Positions 38,809 through 44,451 of a stretch of 44,451 nt of DNA are shown piece by piece (positions within the stretch are counted from its first letter, which is position 1; each line of letters opens with the position of its first letter). The translations under genes were made by a program, and so were the position numbers. The stretch is from contig DASVYN010000169.1 in the NCBI GenBank assembly GCA_036392155.1, forward strand, positions 1 through 44,451. Direction: 5' to 3'. The notes below the pieces were generated by a model. It did not search any database. It was not told the DNA's origin and saw nothing but the letters and a program-made list of their open reading frames with translations. The DNA is from Sphingomicrobium sp. (GTDB lineage Bacteria; Pseudomonadota; Alphaproteobacteria; Sphingomonadales; Sphingomonadaceae).

Positions 38809-40429
38809 CGCCTTCTGGAGTGACCCAATTGATATTCTGGGTCGGATCCTTGATGTCGCAGGTCTTGCAGTGGACACAGTTCTGGGCGTTGATCTGGAGC
38901 CTCGGTTCGCCACTTGTCGTTTCCACGAATTCGTAAACGCCTGCCGGACAATAACGCTGCTCTGGACCGGCGTAGACCGGCAGGTTGATGGCGGTCGGTA
39001 TGTCCGCGTCCTTGAGCGTCAGATGAACCGGCTGATTCTCCTCGTGATTGGTGTTCGAAATGAACACTGATGAGAGGCGGTCGAAGGTCAGCACTCCATC
39101 GGGCTTGGGATAAGCGATTGGAGCGACCTGGCTCTTGGGCCGCAGACTCATGTGGTCGGCCTTGTGCGTGAGGGTCCAAGGGACGCCGATCCCTAGGACG
39201 TTCAGCCACATGTCGAGACCGGCGTAGAGGGTGCCGATCGTTCCGCCCCAATGCGCCACCGCCGGCTGGGCATTACGGACCTGTCGAAGCTCCTTCACGA
39301 CCCAGCTCTCGTGCAACGCGGCCGGATAGGCATCGAGCAGATCGGCTGACCGGCCGCTACAGATCGCCTCGAACGCCGCTTCGGCGGCGAGCATCGCCGA
39401 CTTCATCGCCGTATGCGTGCCCTTGATTCTCGGGACATTCACGAAACCCGCCGAGCAACCGATCAGCGCGCCGCCGGGGAAAGCGAGCTTCGGTATCGCC
39501 TGATAGCCACCCTCGTTGATCGCCCGCGCACCGTAGGACACGCGCCGGCCACCCTCGATCTCGGCGCTGATCGCAGGATGGGTCTTCCACCGCTGCATTT
39601 CTTCGAACGGCGAGAGATAGGGGTTGGAAAAATCGAGCGCGACGACGAATCCCAAAGCAATCTGGTTGTTTTCCTGGTGATAGAGGAACCCCCCTCCCCA
39701 GGCATCTTCAAGCGGCCAACCTTGCGTGTGGATCACTCGGCCCGGCCTATGTTTGTCAGCAGGAACATCCCACAATTCTTTGATTCCAAGACCAAATACC
39801 TGTGGACCACTCTCATTGCGCAGCCCGAAGATCTCGGTCAGGCGCTTGGTCAGGTGACCGCGCGCTCCCTCGGCGAAAAAAGTATAGCGCGCATGGAGCT
39901 CCATTCCCGGCTGGTAATCGGGTCGATGCGAGCCGTCGCGCGCGATCCCCATGTCGCCGGTGGCGACTCCCTTCACCGCCCCGTCGTCGTCAAAGAGAAT
40001 CTCCGCCGCGGGAAACCCGGGGAAAATCTCGACCCCCAGCGCTTCCGCCTGAGCAGCGAGCCAGCGACAGAAATTTCCAAGGCTCAGCGTATAGGTGCCG
40101 CGATTGCGCATGAAAGGCGGCATCAACATCTCGGGAATGCGCAATTTGCTCTTTTTGCCGAGCACCCAGTGATGGTTTTCGGTGACCGGCACCGTAAGCG
40201 GCGAGCCTTGCTCCTTCCAGTCGGGAAGCAGCTCGTTAAGAGCGATCGGGTCGATTACCGCGCCCGACAGTATGTGTGCGCCGACCTCGCTGCCCTTCTC
40301 GAGGATGCAGACGCTGAGCTCGCGGCCAGCGGCGTTCGCGAGCCGTTTCAGGTGAATCGCCGCGCTGAGGCCAGCCGGTCCAGCGCCGACGATGACCACG
40401 TCATAAGCCATGGATTCGCGATCGCTCAT
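38780..40429 (-). CDS. Electron transfer flavoprotein-ubiquinone oxidoreductase
   Basis: DVVIVGAGPAGL, EKGSEVGAHILSGA, RYCPAGVYE, NCVHCKTCDIKDP, GGGPNY. Confidence 0.97.
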   Translation of the reverse strand: MSDRESMAYDVVIVGAGPAGLSAAIHLKRLANAAGRELSVCILEKGSEVGAHILSGAVIDPIALNELLPDWKEQGSPLTVPVTENHHWVLGKKSKLRIPEMLMPPFMRNRGTYTLSLGNFCRWLAAQAEALGVEIFPGFPAAEILFDDDGAVKGVATGDMGIARDGSHRPDYQPGMELHARYTFFAEGARGHLTKRLTEIFGLRNESGPQVFGLGIKELWDVPADKHRPGRVIHTQGWPLEDAWGGGFLYHQENNQIALGFVVALDFSNPYLSPFEEMQRWKTHPAISAEIEGGRRVSYGARAINEGGYQAIPKLAFPGGALIGCSAGFVNVPRIKGTHTAMKSAMLAAEAAFEAICSGRSADLLDAYPAALHESWVVKELRQVRNAQPAVAHWGGTIGTLYAGLDMWLNVLGIGVPWTLTHKADHMSLRPKSQVAPIAYPKPDGVLTFDRLSSVFISNTNHEENQPVHLTLKDADIPTAINLPVYAGPEQRYCPAGVYEFVETTSGEPRLQINAQNCVHCKTCDIKDPTQNINWVTPEGGGGPNYPNM

Positions 40430-40530
40430 GATCTCTTCGTCGCGCTCCCCACACAATTCGACTCGTCTGCACTGCCCATTCCTTGACGTGTCCGTCAATG
40501 GCAGGCGAGGAAGAGCCCGTGGGCGGGGAA

Positions 40531-41241
40531 ATGGATTCGATCGGCGTTGCCGAGGCATGCAGCGCATTGGCCTGGTGGCTCGAGGCTGGCGTCGACATCG
40601 CCGTCCAGGAGGAACCGCGAGATTGGCTCAGACCGCCCGCGCCACGACTGAACGTCCCAAACCGCGATGAGCCTTCGCCGCAGCCCAATGTCGCTCAACC
40701 AGCCCACGAGACACTCGCCGCCCTTCAGGACTGGCTCGCGAGCAGCACGCAACTCCCGCTCGCCTCGGCAACGGCAAGGCGGATCATGCCGCAGGGGCCC
40801 GAAAATGCGGCTATCATGCTGCTGAGCGATGCCCCGACGCTCGAGGATTTCGCGGCCGGGCAGCCCATCGGCGGTGAGGCATGGGAGCTTGCCAAGCGCA
40901 TGCTCGCAGCGATCAAGATCGGGCCCGATGAGGCGTACAGCGCCTCCCTTTCATGCTTGCACGTTCCCGGCTCGAAAATGTCATCCGCCGAACGTCAAGC
41001 CTGCGCCGAAATCGCGCTCCAGCACATCCGCCTGGCAAGGCCAAAGCGGCTGCTGCTCTTGGGCGATGGACCAGCGCAGGCACTTCTCGGCAAACCCCTG
41101 CCGCTAGCTCGCGGGCACGTCCAGAAGGTGGAAGGCGTGCGCACCGTAGTCACCTTCCATCCACGGCAGCTGATTAATCAGCCCTCAAACAAATCGTTGG
41201 CATGGAAAGACTTACTGCTGTTGATGGAGGATGATTCTTGA
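40531..41241 (+). CDS. Uracil-DNA glycosylase superfamily protein (divergent family-4-like)
   Basis: ALAWWLEAGVD N-terminus, RMLAAI, PKRLLLLG, VTFHP, K..AWKDL; lies between ETF-QO and the transglycosylase. Start uncertain. Confidence 0.75.
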   Translation: MDSIGVAEACSALAWWLEAGVDIAVQEEPRDWLRPPAPRLNVPNRDEPSPQPNVAQPAHETLAALQDWLASSTQLPLASATARRIMPQGPENAAIMLLSDAPTLEDFAAGQPIGGEAWELAKRMLAAIKIGPDEAYSASLSCLHVPGSKMSSAERQACAEIALQHIRLARPKRLLLLGDGPAQALLGKPLPLARGHVQKVEGVRTVVTFHPRQLINQPSNKSLAWKDLLLLMEDDS

Positions 41242-43046
41242 AGGCTGGAATGCTTGCGCTGGGAAGTGTGTTCTGGGCCGCGCCACTCTTCGCGCAGGCT
41301 GGTCCGGACCCGCTCGCACCCCTCCCGCCGCGGCTATCGAGCGAGCAGACAAGTCCCCCGGCGGCGGTAAACAGTACGCCCGCAGTGGAAGCTTCAGGCG
41401 AGCAGCCGCAAGAAGCCAAGCAAACGACAAGTTCCTCTCGGGTCGTCGCGATCCCCCGGGACTGGCGGGGCGTGTTCGATGCCATTGACGAAGGCAATTG
41501 GGCTTCCGCTCGCGCCGGCATCGCTGCGCTACCGCAAAGCGTGCTCACCCCGGTCGCCAAGGCCGAGCTCTACATCGCCAGGGGATCGCCGGTCGTCGAC
41601 CTCGCCTCGCTGCAGGCGCTGATCGACCAAGCGCCTGAATTGCCGCAAGCCGACCAGTTGGCGCTCATGGCTTACAAGCGTGGCGCAACGACTCCGCCGC
41701 TGATTATCCCCGACAAACCGACCTACAACATCGGATCCGCGCCGATTCGCTATAAAGCGAAGCCGGTGCAGGGCGAACCATATGCCGATCAGCTGCGGGC
41801 CGCACTCGATCCTCTGGTCAAGATTGACAATGCCCAGGGCGCCGAGGCGCAGCTCCTTCTCTATGGCCCGCAGCTTTCGATCGAGGCGCGCGCCGAGGCG
41901 GCGACGCGCGTTGCCTTCGTCTATTATGTGCTCGGTCTGGACATGGATGCGCGGCGCGTGGCCGACACCTGGCGACAGGGAGCGACCGGAGAGTGGGCAA
42001 GCCAGGCAGCGTGGGTTTCGGCCCTCGCTTCGTGGCGTCTCAACGACTGGAACGCCGCTTCGAGCGCTTTTCAGCAGGTCGTGCAGCTTGCACAGCAGCG
42101 TGAGCTTCGGGCGGGCGGTTATTATTGGGCCGCGCGCGCCGAACAGGCTGCTGGCCGCCCCAGCTCCGTCGAGCGGCTCCTGAGGGCCGCAGCGTCGACC
42201 GCCGAGGCGACCGAAAGCTTCTACGGTCTGCTCGCCCGTGAAACGCTTGGCATGCCGACACAGCTGACCGGCGATCCCTTCGTTGGAACCGATCCGCCGG
42301 TGGATCAGCTTCCCAACGTTCAACGAGCGATCGAGCTCGCCAGGATCGGCGAGCCGGCACTGGCCGAGGAGATGCTTCGCCACCAGGCAAAGATCGGTCT
42401 GGTTACCGAACATCATGCGCTGATCCAGCTTGCCAAACGGCTCGACCTTCCCGCGGCTCAGCTCTGGCTTGCCAATAACGGCCAGTGGGGCGCCCGCTCC
42501 GATACGACGGACCGCTACCCCAATCCGCATTGGCGCCCGCTCAATGGGTGGCGCGTCGATCGCGCCCTCGCCTACGGCCACATCGTTCAGGAATCGGCCT
42601 TCAGGCGCACCGCCGTCAGCACCGCAGGAGCGGTCGGACTCATGCAGGTTTTGCCGGTGACCGCCCAGCTGGTCTCGCGCAATCGCGGAGTGCACTATAC
42701 CCGGACGGAGCTGACCGATCCTACCTACAATCTGGAATATGGGCAGAGCTTCATCGAAATGATGCGGGGCGATCCTGGAACCGCGGGTCAGCTGCCCAGG
42801 ATCATCGCTTCCTACAATGCCGGTCCACTCCCGGTCGCTCGTTGGGCAGCGATCAATGACAAGGGCGATCCACTGCTGTGGATCGAATCGATCCCTTATT
42901 GGGAGACGCGCTATTACGTCCCCGCTGTGATGCGGAATATGTGGGTCTATCAAGGCCTCAACGACGAGGCCACTTTGTCGCTCAAGGACATGGCCCAGCA
43001 TCGCTGGCCAAGCTTCCCCACCGGGATGACTGCCCTCAATCGCTAA
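41238..43046 (+). CDS. Soluble lytic transglycosylase (Slt-like)
   Basis: Signal peptide, helical repeats, QESAF, GAVGLMQV, ASYNAGP, WIESIPYWETRYYV. Confidence 0.93.
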   Translation: MKAGMLALGSVFWAAPLFAQAGPDPLAPLPPRLSSEQTSPPAAVNSTPAVEASGEQPQEAKQTTSSSRVVAIPRDWRGVFDAIDEGNWASARAGIAALPQSVLTPVAKAELYIARGSPVVDLASLQALIDQAPELPQADQLALMAYKRGATTPPLIIPDKPTYNIGSAPIRYKAKPVQGEPYADQLRAALDPLVKIDNAQGAEAQLLLYGPQLSIEARAEAATRVAFVYYVLGLDMDARRVADTWRQGATGEWASQAAWVSALASWRLNDWNAASSAFQQVVQLAQQRELRAGGYYWAARAEQAAGRPSSVERLLRAAASTAEATESFYGLLARETLGMPTQLTGDPFVGTDPPVDQLPNVQRAIELARIGEPALAEEMLRHQAKIGLVTEHHALIQLAKRLDLPAAQLWLANNGQWGARSDTTDRYPNPHWRPLNGWRVDRALAYGHIVQESAFRRTAVSTAGAVGLMQVLPVTAQLVSRNRGVHYTRTELTDPTYNLEYGQSFIEMMRGDPGTAGQLPRIIASYNAGPLPVARWAAINDKGDPLLWIESIPYWETRYYVPAVMRNMWVYQGLNDEATLSLKDMAQHRWPSFPTGMTALNR

Positions 43047-43055
43047 GAAGATGCC

Positions 43056-43085
43056 CCCGGGCGCGGAGGGGAGGAAGCGCCCGGG
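43056..43085 (-). terminator. Hairpin between convergent genes, with a C/U-rich loop on the minus strand
   Basis: 9-bp stem CCCGGGCGC/GCGCCCGGG; minus-strand loop TTCCTCCCCTCC; followed by GGCATCTTCTT. Confidence 0.55.
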
Positions 43086-43129
43086 AGCAAAGTTGTTCTC
43101 TTATTCGAGAATCGGTTTAGCGCTTCTGA

Positions 43130-44008
43130 TTAGCCGCGCTCACCACGCTGCGCCGGCGGGGGCGGCGGCGGCGGAGCCGGCGGTGCCGGGCAGGCCGAAG
43201 TCGCGAGGATCACCGAACCATCGGGGCAGGTCTGCGTCGCGGGGGCTGCTGCCGGAGGCGGCGGCGGCGGAGCCGGAGCAGCCGCCGGAATTGGCGCTGC
43301 GGCTTCCCGCGAGTTGAAGTTGTAGACCAGGCTGGCGAGGATGTTGTTGGACGCGAAATGCCCTTTCGACACGGTCGTGAAGTTGGTCCCGTTCACTGCG
43401 AAAGCATTGTCAAAGTTGAGCTTGCCGGTGCGGAAATATTCATATTTCACACCTGCATCGACATTGGGCGAAAGGGCATAGCGAAGGCCGGCAACGCCCT
43501 GATAAGCCCAGGCATTGTCCTTGGCGCCCGAATAGCGTGCCCAGGCACGGCCGACGCCCCCGCCCGCATAGCCGCCGAGACCGCCACCAAAGTCGCTGTC
43601 CACGAGTGCATTGGCCATGAGCTTCGTCACGCCGATGTGGCTGCCGACCGGGAAGTTTGCCGCGGTCGCGGTGGTCCCGGCAGCTGTTCCGACATCGGTG
43701 ATCAGCGCCGATGATACGTCGAGGCTCTTGACCTTTGCGCGCTGATATCCGCCCTCGGCTTCGAGCCGGAACAGACCGAGCTTGTAGCCCGCGAGCAGGT
43801 CCGCATCATATCCAGTCTTGTATCTGACATGATAGCCGTCGCTATAGGTGGTCGAAGTGCCCGTCGTGCCGTTGGTCAGCGTAACGTCGTAATTCGTGCT
43901 GTTCGGCAGGCTGACGCCGCCTTCGACCCCGACATAAGGACCATCGGCGGCCAGGGCCGGGGTCGCAATTGCGGCCACGGCCGTCGCTACAATCAAATAT
44001 CTACGCAT
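43130..44008 (-). CDS. Outer membrane beta-barrel protein (OmpA-like barrel) with Pro-rich C-terminal tail
   Basis: Signal peptide ending TPALA, GPYVGVEGG, FRLEAEGGY, AYQGVAGLRY, SLVYNF, then poly-Pro and TQTCPDGSVILATSACP. Confidence 0.88.
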   Translation of the reverse strand: MRRYLIVATAVAAIATPALAADGPYVGVEGGVSLPNSTNYDVTLTNGTTGTSTTYSDGYHVRYKTGYDADLLAGYKLGLFRLEAEGGYQRAKVKSLDVSSALITDVGTAAGTTATAANFPVGSHIGVTKLMANALVDSDFGGGLGGYAGGGVGRAWARYSGAKDNAWAYQGVAGLRYALSPNVDAGVKYEYFRTGKLNFDNAFAVNGTNFTTVSKGHFASNNILASLVYNFNSREAAAPIPAAAPAPPPPPPAAAPATQTCPDGSVILATSACPAPPAPPPPPPPAQRGERG

Positions 44009-44155
44009 AATCATTTTCCCTTTTGGCTTCATCAGCCCCTGTTGCGCGCGAAGTGGCTGCCCGAAGCTGGCTCCCAGCTGAATCGATCATTACGAATGAG
44101 TCAGCCGGCTCGATTTGTCGCCGAAACGATCACGGCTCGTCGTTACCGAGCAATC

Positions 44156-44170
44156 GTTCTTGTTATGTTC
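44156..44170 (+). promoter_or_regulatory. Alphaproteobacterial LexA (SOS) box
   Basis: GTTC-TTGTTAT-GTTC, a perfect GTTC-N7-GTTC, ending 24 nt before the radical SAM ATG. Confidence 0.75.
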
Positions 44171-44194
44171 TTCATCGCGGCGTAAAATTTCGCA

Positions 44195-44451
44195 ATGCCG
44201 ATCGAGTCGAGCCACGGTCGCGGGGCCAACCGCAATCCCACTCCGACGCGATTCAACCTTCAGGAACGGACGGTCGAGGGCGAATGGCTCGACCAGGTTG
44301 AAGCAATTGACGGGATCCGACGACGGCGCACGACGGTTACGATCGAACACCCAAGGTCCATCCTGACCCGCAACAGTTCGCCGGATGTCGGCTTCGATCG
44401 GTCGATAAACGCATATCGCGGCTGCGAGCACGGCTGCATCTACTGCTTCGC
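44195..44451 (+). CDS. PA0069/SplB-like radical SAM protein (runs off the window)
   Basis: Hand translation [11 protein letters not shown]...[31 protein letters not shown], containing CxxxCxxC. Confidence 0.88.
   Translation, partial: MPIESSHGRGANRNPTPTRFNLQERTVEGEWLDQVEAIDGIRRRRTTVTIEHPRSILTRNSSPDVGFDRSINAYRGCEHGCIYCF

Noticed and set aside
43150-43300. GGC/CCG-rich repeats as a DNA repeat array
   Set aside because: They are the poly-Pro/Ala codons of the outer-membrane protein tail.

Overview
A GC-rich alphaproteobacterial chromosome segment, most likely Sphingomonadaceae (tandem two-domain Hfq, sphingomonad-style gene order). It is mainly core genome: (tmk)-holB-metG-tatD-MBL hydrolase-two retropepsin-like proteases, mazG, dusB-ntrY-ntrX-hfq-hflX, ispDF-cinA, lipA-ratA, carbonic anhydrase, ettA, ffs-dnaX-ybaB, two cysteine desulfurases plus ferredoxin, ornithine decarboxylase plus a deoxyhypusine-synthase-like gene, ETF-QO-TPR-ispE-nnr-rlmD, UDG-like plus lytic transglycosylase, an outer-membrane barrel, and a truncated radical SAM gene. 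A small accessory block lies at about 16.4-19.3 kb. I saw no rRNA, tRNA, CRISPR array, transposase, integrase or prophage. The strongest non-genic signals are: (1) a dif-like XerCD site at 5307-5334 with KOPS motifs and gene orientation converging on it, so this is probably the replication terminus; (2) a polyamine operon with two switch-like structured RNAs, an SD-sequestering pseudoknot-type leader before the decarboxylase and a bistable element before the DHS-like gene, which is the best candidate for an uncharacterised regulatory system; (3) ntrBC absent from the dusB-ntrYX locus; (4) a probable CTG start for hflX; (5) paired Tyr/Cys-tailed glycine-zipper lipoproteins; (6) a 55-aa membrane protein missed by the ORF track; (7) LexA-, EcfG-, CtrA- and DnaA-like sites. 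All calls were made by eye from motifs; no searches or folding programs were run.
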